A stretch of DNA of 64,000 bases from Diplonema japonicum (taxonomy: Eukaryota; Protista; Euglenozoa: Diplonemea): positions 434,001 to 498,000 of the forward strand of contig OZ025686.1 of assembly GCA_964019335.1 (NCBI GenBank). Reading direction: 5' to 3'. Of the stretch, positions 1-10,593 are shown one piece after another; position 1 is the first letter of the stretch, and each line of letters begins with the position of its first letter. The position numbers were made by a program, and so were the translations under genes. Under the pieces are notes generated by a model. The model made no database searches. It saw nothing but the letters and a program-made list of their open reading frames with translations, and was not told the origin of the DNA.

Positions 1-17
1 GGGCCTAGTTAGGGCAT

Positions 18-158
18 TTGAAAACCTGAGGGGGCTGACTTTGAACACTTTGGAAACTTAGGGGGCGGGATTTGAGCGTTTTGAAGACTTAGGGGGTGGA
101 CTTTGAGCATTTTGGAAACTTAGGGGGCGGGATTTAAGCATTTCGAAAACTTAGGGGT
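18..158. repeat. 31-bp minisatellite, inside the first intron of the AGC kinase
   Basis: TTAGGG(G) recurs at 58, 89, 120 and 151, with TGAGGG at 27, an exact 31-nt period. Unit is roughly GAAACTTAGGGGGCGGGATTTGAGCATTTTG. Confidence 0.85.
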
Positions 159-205
159 CAAGATAGGACTCTACCCAATTTTTTTTTTTTGAAAAAGTTA
201 CATAC

Positions 206-867
206 GGAGGGATGCCGACAATCATCTCGAACAGAAGCGTACCGAAGCTCCACCAATCAACAGGTTTACCGTGCCCCTTGTTGAGGAGGATCTCCGGTGC
301 GAGGTATTCAGGTGTCCCGCAAAAGGTCTTTGTTCGCTCCGACTCTTTCATCATTTTAGACAACCCGAAGTCTGTTAACGCAATGTGCCCCTCAGCATCG
401 AGAAGTACATTCTCTGGTTTCAAATCCCTGTATACGATGCCACGGTCATGAAGGTATTGGATGCCCAGGGCGATTTCTGCAGCGTAGAATCTGGCCCGTT
501 CTTCATCAAACCGTTTTTCTTTTTTAAGGTGAGAGAACAGTTCCCCGCCGTTGGCGAAGTTCATGACAAGGTACAGCTTGTCAGCAGTTTGGAATGCGTA
601 TCTCATCTTAACGAGGAAGGGGTGGTTTGCTTTTTCCAATACTGCTCTCTCTGTTCTCGTGTGTTCTACCTCGTCCCGTTCAATCAGCATGTTCTTGTTT
701 AGGATCTTCATGGCGAGATAGTCGCCTGTTCCCTTTTGCTTCACCAGCAGGACTACCGCGTAGTTCCCTTCCCCGATTTTCGAGAGCATCTTGAAGTCAT
801 CTTTGCTCACCTTCTCCTTCCCTTCGGAACGCTTCGCCGCATCATTTTTTGAGTTCTTCCCCCCCAT
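206..867 (-). CDS. AGC-family Ser/Thr kinase (PKB/SGK-like, no PH domain), first exon; the gene continues beyond the window edge
   Basis: Motifs IGEGNYAVV, AMK, YRDLKPEN, DFG, TFCGTPEYLAPE, VDWWSFG. ATG at 867 gives MGGKNSK. Similarity stops at GIPP, where a GTATGT donor sits at 205. Confidence 0.9.
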
Positions 868-977
868 AGCAGCCACCCATCACGGTGTACCTTATTATTA
901 TTATTATTTTTTTTTTTTTTGAGAATCGTGAGAAGAAAAAAAAAAAAGAAAAAAAAAACTTAATTACAGGTGTATGT

Positions 978-2003
978 TTAAAGATCGCCCCTTCCAGGTG
1001 GGGCGGAGAGGGGTCGGGTTGGCATTGTGTGAGATTCGAAACGGGTTTGGTGGTGCGTGACTGGCGACTGGGCATAACGGTCGCCTCGGAAGAGGGAGGA
1101 ATGAAAGTAGTTTTTCTGGGTCATTTCTCGTTTTCTCTTCATCTGTTCACGGTGGAGCTCCCTGTTGTGCTGTTCTTTGATGAGGAGGAACTTCGCCTCC
1201 CGCCTTTCCCTCATCACGGTGTTGAGCGACTCGTGTTCCTTCTTGCGGGCTTCCATTTGACTGTGGAGCTTCTCCGTCTTGTTCTCTTCTGCAAGAATCC
1301 TCCGCTTCTTTTTGTTATCGGTAGATTCCCTGATGTGCGAATGAAGCAGGAAACGGTTCCCTTCCACGATTTTTTTTTTGACGCGTTCTTTACGGAGTTG
1401 TTCGGATTTTCCGTTTTTAACATGGGCTAGCTTGTCTTGTTTTGCCCGTTCCACTGCAAGATGCTTTCGCTCGCGAGATAGTTCTGACTGTCGTTTCATT
1501 TCCGTGACCTCCTGGACGCGTTGCTGTGTGTGGAGCTCGATTTCTCGTCGCCACTCTGAACGGTCTTTTTCCATCTTCAGTTTTCTGTTTTCCACTTCTC
1601 GTTCTCGTTTCTCTTTTCGTTGTTCTTGTGCTTTTTCTGCACGGAGTTTTTGCCCTGTTCTCTCTCGGACCAGGGTGTCCCTCCAGTCTTCTCTGCGTTT
1701 CTCCATCATCTCTGCCATTGCCTTTTCCTGTTCTTTCCGTTTCACAAGTTGTTTCTCTGCCTGTATTTGTTTCCTTATCTGTTCGTCCTCGTACTCTTTT
1801 TTTCTCTCTGCGGCTGCGTTTTTCACCAATGCGAAGAGCCTCTCCTCCTCTATTAGTTTCTCTCGTTTTTGCGACAACTTGCTCCTTCGCCAAGCACGCT
1901 GCGATTGCCTTTGGTACTCCCGTATGGCTTTGTCACTGTCGCCCCCTAGTCCAAACGTGCCTTTGCCTAGAGACTCGATATCCTCTCCTTCTGCAATTTC
2001 CAT
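978..2003 (-). CDS. Charged coiled-coil protein, function unknown
   Basis: Long E/K/R/Q-rich open frame. Start placed at the ATG following an A-run (MEIAEG). Confidence 0.75.
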   Translation of the reverse strand: MEIAEGEDIESLGKGTFGLGGDSDKAIREYQRQSQRAWRRSKLSQKREKLIEEERLFALVKNAAAERKKEYEDEQIRKQIQAEKQLVKRKEQEKAMAEMMEKRREDWRDTLVRERTGQKLRAEKAQEQRKEKREREVENRKLKMEKDRSEWRREIELHTQQRVQEVTEMKRQSELSRERKHLAVERAKQDKLAHVKNGKSEQLRKERVKKKIVEGNRFLLHSHIRESTDNKKKRRILAEENKTEKLHSQMEARKKEHESLNTVMRERREAKFLLIKEQHNRELHREQMKRKREMTQKNYFHSSLFRGDRYAQSPVTHHQTRFESHTMPTRPLSAPPGRGDL

Positions 2004-2305
2004 TTTTTTTCTCCCTTCTTTCTTCTGCCGTGAAATATAATGAAGAAAATTGGATAAGAAATGAAGTAAGTTCACAAAAAAAAAACAAAAAGAGTAGGTA
2101 AGGAGAGGGCGGGTTTCTTTTTTTTTTTTTTTTTTTTAGACGCCTTTTTATTCCCCCCTTTTAACTTGTTTCCTAAGGGAAGCAAGATAAAAAAAAATGG
2201 GGGGAAAAAAAGAGAAAAAAACAATGGGAGATGTCCAAAAAAAAAAAAAGAATTTTTTTTTTAAAAAAGAACTAAATAACAGCCCACCAGCAAGAAGGAA
2301 ATGTC

Positions 2306-2340
<35 letters not shown>

Positions 2341-2343
<3 letters not shown>

Positions 2344-2832
2344 GAACATAAAAGGAGCCGCCTGTCGGAAGCCAGAGCAGCCCGTGAGGGTGGGTATCAA
2401 GCCGTTAGATATATGGTGGTAGATTGTACGGATGAAGAGGAGGAGGGAGAGAGCAGTCGGTGAAGGCGATGTCAAGGGGGCTACAGAGACGCTAATAAAG
2501 CCTTGATCCAGGAGAGGGGCAAGGATGCAAGCCACGCCACGAGGTATATGCCCTACTTGGTGATTCTTTGTTGCATTTAGCACCTTTATGGCATAAGAAT
2601 CGTGGGCATTGCCTGGCTCCCTCTCCAGAGCAAGAATATCCCCCACCTCCACCCCTCCCTTGTAGTACTTCAGCCCTACTGCACTAGTCTCTATAGTTCC
2701 TGCAACCATCTCTGTGTTGCCTACATCGCTCCTGGTGATATTCCCGTTTATAAAAAAGAAACCTGTCCTGCTGTTCCGTGGTGCGTCCTCTTGCTCAGTG
2801 CTGACTTCTCCTTTTAATGTCGCGAGTGGCAT
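2341..2832 (-). CDS. Small stand-alone HIRAN-domain protein
   Basis: VGLKYY...LALEREPGNAHDSYAIKV...VGHIPRGVACILAPLLDQG matches the HIRAN signature of Rad5/HLTF. Confidence 0.85.
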
Positions 2833-2903
2833 TTTTTTTTTTTTTTTTTTTTTTTTAAATGTAACTGAGGGTTGTGTGGACACATATGACGGGACCCATC
2901 CCA

Positions 2904-2972
2904 GTATCTAGTCGAGCCGCCGTGGCACCATGCCATGAAGGGGCATGCAACCCGGTGTGGCCGACAGGGGTA
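2904..2972 (-). ncRNA. Single-hairpin H/ACA-like (AGA-box) snoRNA candidate, copy 1
   Basis: Lower stem GTCG/CGAC, internal pocket, upper stem CATGCC/GGCATG, and an AGA box 14 nt from the top of the pocket. Three copies. Confidence 0.65.
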
Positions 2973-3000
2973 AAGAACAAATATGAAAAAGAGAGGTTTT

Positions 3001-3074
3001 CTTCTCACCTCTCGGGACATTTGAACAGGAGTCACAGCACCATGGAAAGCTGAGTCCATGCCTGATGAACCTTT
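3001..3074 (-). ncRNA. Repeated ~74-nt small RNA-like module 'X'; further copies at 3349-3422, 3663-3730, 3862-3935 and truncated at 3544-3576
   Basis: Near-identical copies separated by divergent spacers, interleaved with the snoRNA-like units. Intact copies end ...GAGAGGTGAGA. Class not resolved. Confidence 0.45.
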
Positions 3075-3139
3075 ATATTCGGCACCTACAACAGGCGGTG
3101 GAAAGAAGGGGGTGGGAGGTGGTGTTTTTTTTTTTTATG

Positions 3140-3268
3140 TTTCAGTCAATATTTAATCCAACTGTATCTGTTGTATTCTCAGCGGAAGTGAAGGGGATGA
3201 GGAGGGGTGACCCTCCCTATCCACTCCCCCCTCAGACATTAAACCACAGATAATCAGTCATCACGCTC
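3140..3268 (-). ncRNA. C/D box snoRNA candidate, copy 1
   Basis: C box GTGATGA (3264-3258), D' CTGA (3235-3232), central GC hairpin GGATAGGGAGGG/CCCTCCTCATCC, terminal D box CTGA (3145-3142). Identity with copy 2 ends just outside the boxes. Confidence 0.75.
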
Positions 3269-3452
3269 AGCAACAGGAAGACAGGCGAAAGGTCTACTAA
3301 GCCATGGAAGCTAGCCTACATTGGGAAATGGGGGAACCACCAGAAGCTCTTCTCACCTCTCGGGACATTTGAACAGGAGTCACAGCACCATGGAAAGCTG
3401 AGTCCATGCCTGATGAACCTTTATATTCGGTACCCTAAAAAAAGTAAAAAAC

Positions 3453-3521
3453 ACATCTAGTCGAGCCGCCGTGGCACCATACCATGAATGGGCATGCAAC
3501 CCGGTGTGGCCAACAGGGGTA
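3453..3521 (-). ncRNA. AGA-box H/ACA-like snoRNA candidate, copy 2
   Basis: Differences from copy 1 are two stem changes to G.U pairs and one loop change, so the minus-strand fold is preserved. Confidence 0.62.
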
Positions 3522-3774
3522 AAGAAAAAGATCGTTTTTCCTTTCACCTCTCGGGACATTTGAACAGGAGTCACAGTGGATTATCCTCGGTGCCCCCCCC
3601 CCCCCCCCCCCCCTATCCCTCTTGTTTCCCCCTCTTCCGCTCTTCAAACATTCTTTTTTTTTACCTCTCGGGACATTTGAACAGGAGTCACAGCACTATG
3701 AATAGCTGAGTCCATGCCTGATGAACCTTTTTGTTTTGGGACAGTCAAAACTATTCCTCCACTTATTTTTCGCC

Positions 3775-3843
3775 ACATCTAGTCGAGCCGCCGTGGCACC
3801 ATGCCATGAAGGGGCATGCAACCCGGTGTGGCCGACAGGGGTA
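3775..3843 (-). ncRNA. AGA-box H/ACA-like snoRNA candidate, copy 3
   Basis: Same hairpin and AGA box as copy 1. Confidence 0.65.
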
Positions 3844-3997
3844 AAGAACAAGATCGTTTTTCTTCTCACCTCTCGGGACATTTGAACAGGAGTCACAGCA
3901 CCATGGAAAGCTGAGTCCATGCCTGATGAACCTTTTTTGTTTTCATCACAAGGAACGTCTCAAAACCCGGTGTACAGTGAGGGGCAACAATAATTGT

Positions 3998-4126
3998 TTT
4001 CAGTCCATATTTAATCCAACTGTATCTGTTGTATTCTCAGCGGAAGTGAAGGGGATGAGGAGGGGTGACCCTCCCTATCCACTCCCCCCTCAGACATTAA
4101 ACCACAGATAATCAGTCATCACGCTC
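3998..4126 (-). ncRNA. C/D box snoRNA candidate, copy 2
   Basis: Near-identical to 3140-3268 (offset 858) with the same boxes. Confidence 0.75.
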
Positions 4127-5264
4127 TCCCCTATTCTTACGTGTCGCTTGTGGTATTGTTTGGGGGGGGGGAATAAAAGAAGAAGAAGAAAACTGTAAAT
4201 AATAAAATAACGGGGGGAGAGGGGAGAAAGCTGGTACTCTATGAATGTTACTTTACACAGGCAATATCAAGAGTATAAAAAAAAATAAAATAAAAAATAA
4301 AAGAAGTTTTAGTACAAGGGTCTGTCAGGGGTTGTTATTAAATGGAAAGTGTAGGGGGGAGGGGGATATAAGGATAAGAGAAAAAAAAGAATGAAATTTC
4401 CAGGCAACGGCTTTAATAGTTGTTAACAAAGCACAGTGCTCAAGAGAAGAAGAAAAAAGGGAGAAAGTAGGAAAAATGGACGGAAGGGAAGGTAAGAGCA
4501 AACGAGATTAGATTATTTTAAAAAAGAAATATATATTAAAAAAAAAAGCTCCCCTCATTCTCTTTCTCGGCAAAAAAAGAGAAAGGGGGGAACGGATTGA
4601 CACAGGGAATAAAAAAAAAGAATAGAAATCATAAATAAGTGTAAATGAATTTCTTAGTGACCTTTAAAAAATAGGATGGGAGGGGGAGTCATAGATGAAA
4701 GGGAATAGGCTCGGCTAAGATGGGACAGGCTAACGGTAACGGGCCTGTATAGGGGTAAGCCCTCCTTTCGGCGTTGCTTTGTTAAAAAAGAAAACAGAAA
4801 AAAAAAATGAAACGGAGTGAGAGAGCCAAGAAGAGTAAGAGAGAGAGAAAAAATCCCCCCCACCCCTCCCCTGTCTCTCCCTGACGAGGAATGGAGTACT
4901 TTGTCCTTTTTTTTTTTTACTCCTTCCCCCCCCTTTTTTTTCCCCCCTTTTAAAAAGGGAGTTACATGATAATTCTTAAGAAAAAGAAACGAGAAAGAAA
5001 AAAAAACTTTAAGTGAAAACATAGAATAATAGACAAGAAAAAAAAAATTTTTTTTTTGAAGAGGGAGATAAAAGTAGACATTTATTGGGGGTTATGTTAT
5101 TATTATTATTTTTTTTTTCTCGAGAAACGTTGGGGAAAGTTGTGCAACGAGCCACATCGACTTCCCATGCCACCTATAACCTCTTCAAAGAAGAGACCAA
5201 GGCACAGTCTGGTAAGAGGTGAAAAAAAAAAAAACACAGAAAAAAAACAAATTCACATCACCCA

Positions 5265-6290
5265 TCAGGCAGTAACTTCCATAGCATACGACGTCCCCCT
5301 AGAGATAATTGGGGGTGGTGGCACATGCGAACCACACACAAGACCCCCTGTCAAATGCCCACTCTCCTGCTTCACACTGTGCAAATTCAACACGAACGGG
5401 TGCTTACACATCTCCTTCGCCCGCAGCCTTTTCATAGGCTGATACGTCAACAGCCCCTTAAGCAGATCTAAGAACTCTGAATCGTGACCTACATGATTTT
5501 CCAAATAACTTGTTTTAACAGGAGGGTAAGGAGCGGGGTAGTTGACACCGGGTATGGCACCGAGCTTCTCTGTGATGAGGGAAATGTGTAGAGCGTCTCC
5601 AGAACTCACTCCGAAAAGAGGTTTCCCAATGTAGACCTCATACAGTATGCACCCAAGGGACCACATGTCGGTGGGATGCTTCCAACCTTTTTTCGTCAAA
5701 ACTTCAGGTGAACGGTACGGCCTTGTTGTTATCAAAGAAGTCCCATCGCGGCCCTCAATGTGAAACGCAGAATTCCCGAAATCACCAATTGTCCAGCTGT
5801 TCCCAAGACCTGGTGAACTGGGGTCGTCGACGAGAATGTTGTCAGGTTTGAGGTCAGTGTGGATCAGCGCGCACCTACCGTGTAGAAATGTCAGGGTTTC
5901 AGCCATTTGTTTTGCGAGGTTCTGAACCTCTTGTCTTTTTACGAAGCCTGGTTTTACGCCGAACCGCCGTTTGGACAGGGACGGGCCAAGGAGCTGCATC
6001 ACAAGGCAGCACTTGTCCCTCCACATGAAGGAGGCTCTTAGTCTAATTATCTTCTTGTTGCCCTTCTTGTCCGCCTCCAGTATGTGCTTCAGCATCATTT
6101 TCTCTGTCTTCGCGTCCTCGACGTAGTCCCAGCCAAGCATCTTCACAGCTACATTCCCACCGGTTTTAAGATCCCTGGCTTTGTACACACTGGCAAAATT
6201 CCCCTTCCCCGCCAGTGATAAAATCCTGTATCTGTCGTCGATCACCGCATCGATGGGACTGTGATGGTGTTGACCTGAGGTCTGCCACAT
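5265..6290 (-). CDS. CMGC kinase, CLK/LAMMER-SRPK-like
   Basis: GKGNFASV, VAVK, LIHTDLKPDNIL, DFG, TTRPYRSPEV, DMWSLGCILYE, and a LAMMER-equivalent segment HISLITEKLG. Confidence 0.9.
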   Translation of the reverse strand: MWQTSGQHHHSPIDAVIDDRYRILSLAGKGNFASVYKARDLKTGGNVAVKMLGWDYVEDAKTEKMMLKHILEADKKGNKKIIRLRASFMWRDKCCLVMQLLGPSLSKRRFGVKPGFVKRQEVQNLAKQMAETLTFLHGRCALIHTDLKPDNILVDDPSSPGLGNSWTIGDFGNSAFHIEGRDGTSLITTRPYRSPEVLTKKGWKHPTDMWSLGCILYEVYIGKPLFGVSSGDALHISLITEKLGAIPGVNYPAPYPPVKTSYLENHVGHDSEFLDLLKGLLTYQPMKRLRAKEMCKHPFVLNLHSVKQESGHLTGGLVCGSHVPPPPIISRGTSYAMEVTA

Positions 6291-6407
6291 TTTTTTTTAA
6301 TATATATTCCCCCTCTTTTTTTTTTTTTTTTTTTTTTTTGTGTAACCTTTTTTTTTTTTTTTTTTCAAAGTAAAAGAACACATTTAAAAAAAGGGGGGGG
6401 GAAACAA

Positions 6408-6878
6408 TCACAGTTCTATATTTTCCTGTGAATAATACTGCCCGTGCTTCTCTCCCTTCCCCTCGTACGTGTCGTCTGAGCTTGATGTGAAGACATAGGT
6501 CCATGTGTGGTTGCTTTTAATGTTGGAGTAGATGCCTGTCCCGTCTTGGAACGACCCGGTTCCTGATCCGCCCTCTGCGGTGATTGTTCCTTTGTAATAT
6601 TCGTGAATGGTGTCACCTGAGGGGTTTTTAAATTCGCACCAACCCGCGGTTTGACTGTCGTCTGGGGAGCCAGGGGTCATCCCCACACAGCTAGCTGTCA
6701 TCTCTCCAAAAATGTTGTTGCCTTTCGTCTGAAGGGTCATTTCCTCCACCTCTGCCCACCGCCCTTGTCCTATCGGCACGGACTGCAGAATCGACCCCTT
6801 GTCTGTAAATGTCAGGGAAAAATCTGTTCTTCCTTCGCTCGCGAGACAACTGGCTGCGATCAATAGTGTTGTGTACAT
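6408..6878 (-). CDS. Small secreted beta-rich protein, possibly allene-oxide-cyclase/dirigent-like fold
   Basis: N-terminal hydrophobic signal, Gly/Thr-rich strands, Cys pair, and GDTIH...GTGSFQDGTGIYSNIK pattern. Fold is inference. Confidence 0.7.
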   Translation of the reverse strand: MYTTLLIAASCLASEGRTDFSLTFTDKGSILQSVPIGQGRWAEVEEMTLQTKGNNIFGEMTASCVGMTPGSPDDSQTAGWCEFKNPSGDTIHEYYKGTITAEGGSGTGSFQDGTGIYSNIKSNHTWTYVFTSSSDDTYEGKGEKHGQYYSQENIEL

Positions 6879-7652
6879 TGTTAACTACTTTTTTTTTTCT
6901 CTTTTTTTCTCTATAAAAAAAAAAAAAAATTCACTATGATAGGAAACGAAGTGGTTAGCAACGGCCCGCAAAAAAAGAAAAAAAAATTTTAGAGCCTCTG
7001 CCGGGACGAGGTAATAAAACGCGGGGAAAAAAAAAACAAAAAAATAAATAAAAAATGTTATCACAAATATAAAAAAAAGAAATCATAAGGAGAGTGTGGA
7101 GGGGGGAGGGAAGAAGGGAAGAAGAAGAAGAAGAAAAAAAAAAAAAAAACAACTTTGCTGGACAGGACAAAAAAAAAACAAAAAAATTTTTTTTCTCGAG
7201 AAGGTGTGAAAAAAAACTTTTTCTTTTGCAGACAAGTATTTAAAAGGGAGGGGTGTTCTTTTACCCCTTCAGGACACATAGGATGGAGCGTTTGGCACAG
7301 TGGCAAAAGCAGAAACATGGCCATCAACAAAAGAATAAGTAACTTTGAACAAAAAGAAGAAAGGAAACAGCACCCGTAGACTTACCTCTGTCCCACTCTT
7401 ATCTTAGTTGCTTATCTATAGAAAGAACTCAGAGACAGAAGAGAAAAAAAAACGCTGAAACTTAAATTAAAGGGCAGAAGAACAGGAAAAAAAGAAGAAA
7501 AAAATTATTGCGTGATTCAATTTAAGAGAAGAAAAGGGAAAAAACCCCGAACAAAAAAAGGAATAATTTCTTCCCCTCTCGCGCTTCCCTTTTACAAGGT
7601 TTTTTTTTTTCCTTAATGGGAATAAGTGCTAGCAACAAACCCATCAATGAAG

Positions 7653-7689
<37 letters not shown>

Positions 7690-7940
7690 CTGTATTTTTT
7701 TTTTGGTTTTTTTCTTTTTAATACAACTACGTGGTTTTTTTTTTTGTTTTTGTTTTGTTATTATTAGTGTTCGCTTTTTTTTTTTTTTTTTTTTTCCCCG
7801 GTTGATTCTCCTCTTTGTATCTCCGCCCCCCCACAAAAAAAAACACCTGCTGTGGGGGGTGTACTAAACTAAACACCTTCGCGACAAACATTTAAGACAG
7901 AAAAAAAAAATAACCTACACCCATGGTTCCTCCCCCCTAC

Positions 7941-9200
7941 CTAGAAAGGCCTCCTTGCCCGCATATCCGGCGGTGTGGTCAGACCGTAGCCAGTAGGGGC
8001 GACGGCGGATCGGTGGGGTTGCTGTGCAGCACCGCTGCGAGATTGCTGCGCACCACCATAATGCGCTGGGCGTTGGTAAGCGTGGGCAGTAGTGTAAGGC
8101 GCGGCTCCTTTAAGGGAACCTTGCAGAGGTGCCTGAGGGTGCCCCACAGAGTTTCTTTTTTGCGGACTTGCCCCACCCGCACCCGTCCCACCCATCATAT
8201 TAAACACCAGCACCATAGCAGTTACGTTGTCCATGGAACCTGCCTGTAGAGCAGCGGCCGTCAGTGCTGCAGCCATAGCAGAGGGACCTCTCGCTGCGCT
8301 AGCAGCGCAGGTGTTGACAGCCTCCTGATTGGATAACACATCCCACACACCATCGCATGCAAGGATCATGAACTCGGAGTCTGTTGTGATGGCGATCTGC
8401 GTCACTTCTGGGACGTTGCCAACAGGCAGCGGCAGGCCTTCCATGAGAACACGTTCCCCGCCCTTCAGGCTGTAGTCGCCAAATGCTCTTGAAACCGCCA
8501 GGCATCCACCTACTCGGCCGAAGGCAATGAACCCGCCAGCTGCTTCCACACGTGCTGCCTCGCTTGGGTCTAATGGTTTGTGGTCTCTGCTCAGTGCTAC
8601 TGCCTGTCCCCGTTCGCTCATGACACCCCTGCAGTCCCCTAGGTTCACGATGTACGCGGTGTTGTTGAGGATGACGGCGGAGATGACGGCAGCCCCCCCA
8701 TCACGGCCCCTTATGGTCCTGTAGATGGACCTGTCCACTGCTGTGTACCACTCCGACAGCACGTCGCCTGGTGCTGCTGCAAGGCGTTTCCTGTCAATTT
8801 CTTTCAGCGTGTTTGGTAGTGCGTTTTGAAGCAAGTCGGCAACATGCCGACCTGAGTGGCCGTCGCACACGGAGTAGAGCCCCAGGGCATCCTGCGCCAC
8901 GTGGGTGTCCTCCATGTTGGGACGTCGGCCTTGTTCAGCATGTACACCACACGCAATGAAAGCCTGCCGTGTGAGGGGTGATCCTTTGGAGGTTATTACC
9001 TTCACAGGATTCCCCTTATGCACGGGGACAGGGACACCGGGGGAGATTTTTTGTGGGCCCTGTGGGCTTCCCTTCGTTGTCGGTGATGGGGATGTGTAGC
9101 TGAATATAGGATGGTGCTGGTTGTGGTGCCGTGCCCCTGATGGCGCTCCTGCGGCCGTCATGCTTTGTTGCCACCCGTGCCTTCCTCTCACGGGGTCCAT
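7941..9200 (-). CDS. Protein phosphatase 2C (PPM family)
   Basis: QGRRPNMEDTH, VCDGHSG, NLGDCR, LSRDHKP, LAVSRAFGD, ILACDGVWDV, GSMDNVT. Start taken at MDPVRG. Confidence 0.93.
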   Translation of the reverse strand: MDPVRGRHGWQQSMTAAGAPSGARHHNQHHPIFSYTSPSPTTKGSPQGPQKISPGVPVPVHKGNPVKVITSKGSPLTRQAFIACGVHAEQGRRPNMEDTHVAQDALGLYSVCDGHSGRHVADLLQNALPNTLKEIDRKRLAAAPGDVLSEWYTAVDRSIYRTIRGRDGGAAVISAVILNNTAYIVNLGDCRGVMSERGQAVALSRDHKPLDPSEAARVEAAGGFIAFGRVGGCLAVSRAFGDYSLKGGERVLMEGLPLPVGNVPEVTQIAITTDSEFMILACDGVWDVLSNQEAVNTCAASAARGPSAMAAALTAAALQAGSMDNVTAMVLVFNMMGGTGAGGASPQKRNSVGHPQAPLQGSLKGAAPYTTAHAYQRPAHYGGAQQSRSGAAQQPHRSAVAPTGYGLTTPPDMRARRPF

Positions 9201-9672
9201 CACAGTATTGGGCCCCTCCCTCCTTTGTGTGATGTGGCTGGGAAAACCATGAAACGAAATAGAAGTATGAGAATAAAGTAAAATGAGATAGAAGAAACAC
9301 ATGGAACAGCGCGAAAATATCATCAAACAAAAAACAATTGCATTGCCACACTCGACATTTTTTTTTTCCTTCTTTTTTTTTTCCCCCTTCTTTTTTTTCT
9401 CGTTGGGGGAAGGGGGGAAAAAAAAGAAAAACAAAAAAAAAAAACGATTGACCACAATAGACAAGGTAATGGACACCCTCTTATTTCGCTTTTTCCTTCA
9501 TGGTTTCTTCTACTCTGTATTTTTTTTATCTTCCTTTTTTTCTCTTGAAATAATTTAAAAAAAAAACAAAAACAAAAAAAACAGACATTGTGTCTGAACG
9601 TGCTCGGTGTAAGGAAAAAAAAAAAAGAAAAACAAAAAAAAATCCTCACCCTTTTTTTTTTATTATTATTTT

Positions 9673-10593
9673 TTATTTCTTGCTCTCCTCAGCTTCTGTG
9701 TTGTAAGTGAGGACCTCTTGCAAACGTGTGAAATCGGCGTTTCCAAGCGCTCCATTCTCAGAAGCTTTTGAAAGGATCTCGAGCGTGGCGTCGGGGAGGG
9801 TGGTGGGCAAATTATGCGCTTTCATATAAGGCAAACGGGAACCTACAAAGTTCGACCATGTGTCAAGGGTTGCAATGGGGCTGGCGGTGTACGCCTCAAG
9901 AGCACGATCCGACATACGACCGTGGCACAAGCGCAACATTCCTTCCACGCCTCCCAGACGCTTTCCAGCACATGCAAAAAACTGCTCTGGATCAACACCT
10001 TCAGCCTCCATCATAGACTTGGTGGCAGCATACGCCATAAAGTTCATCAGAGCCAAATCAACCACAGCATAGTCTAGGGCTCGCGACGCCCCCACTCGAC
10101 CTGACCAAATGTTCTCACCAAGATGGGAAAGGATGTCTTCGTGAGATTTCTTTGTTTCATCATTGTCACATGACAGGAACAAGGTACCCAATCCTGCCCT
10201 CGCCTTCGCAGGTGGTCCGCTGTACGCCCCATCTATGTAGCCGCCTGCGTTGAACTGCTCGGTTATCTTTTGTACTTCCCTGCCTTCGTCTGGGTTGCCG
10301 CTGCATAGGTTGACCACTGTCTTCCCTTTCATTTCGGTGCCGATTTTGTGCAGTAGGTCCTTTGTGTCTTTCATGGTCCCCAAGACCATTACAATGGTGT
10401 CAGTGGCACGCACGGCCTCCATGACGTCTTGCATGCCTTCTGCCTTGCCGGGCATTTCTTTGCTTTGCTTCAGGAAGTCCTCGACCTTACCGTAGCTTCT
10501 GTTCCACCCGACCACGTCTTGAGCAGATTCCACCAGTCTCAGGGCCATGGAACCTCCCATTTTCCCCAAACCCAAGACAGAAACGCGGGGCGT

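Noticed and set aside
3040-3075. Hammerhead ribozyme suggested by GAAA and CTGATGA on the plus strand
   Set aside because: Stem III and the NUH cleavage site cannot be formed.
2904-4126. CRISPR-like array or short repeated ORFs
   Set aside because: Eukaryotic context, no cas genes, three long module types with irregular spacing. snoRNA boxes explain it better.
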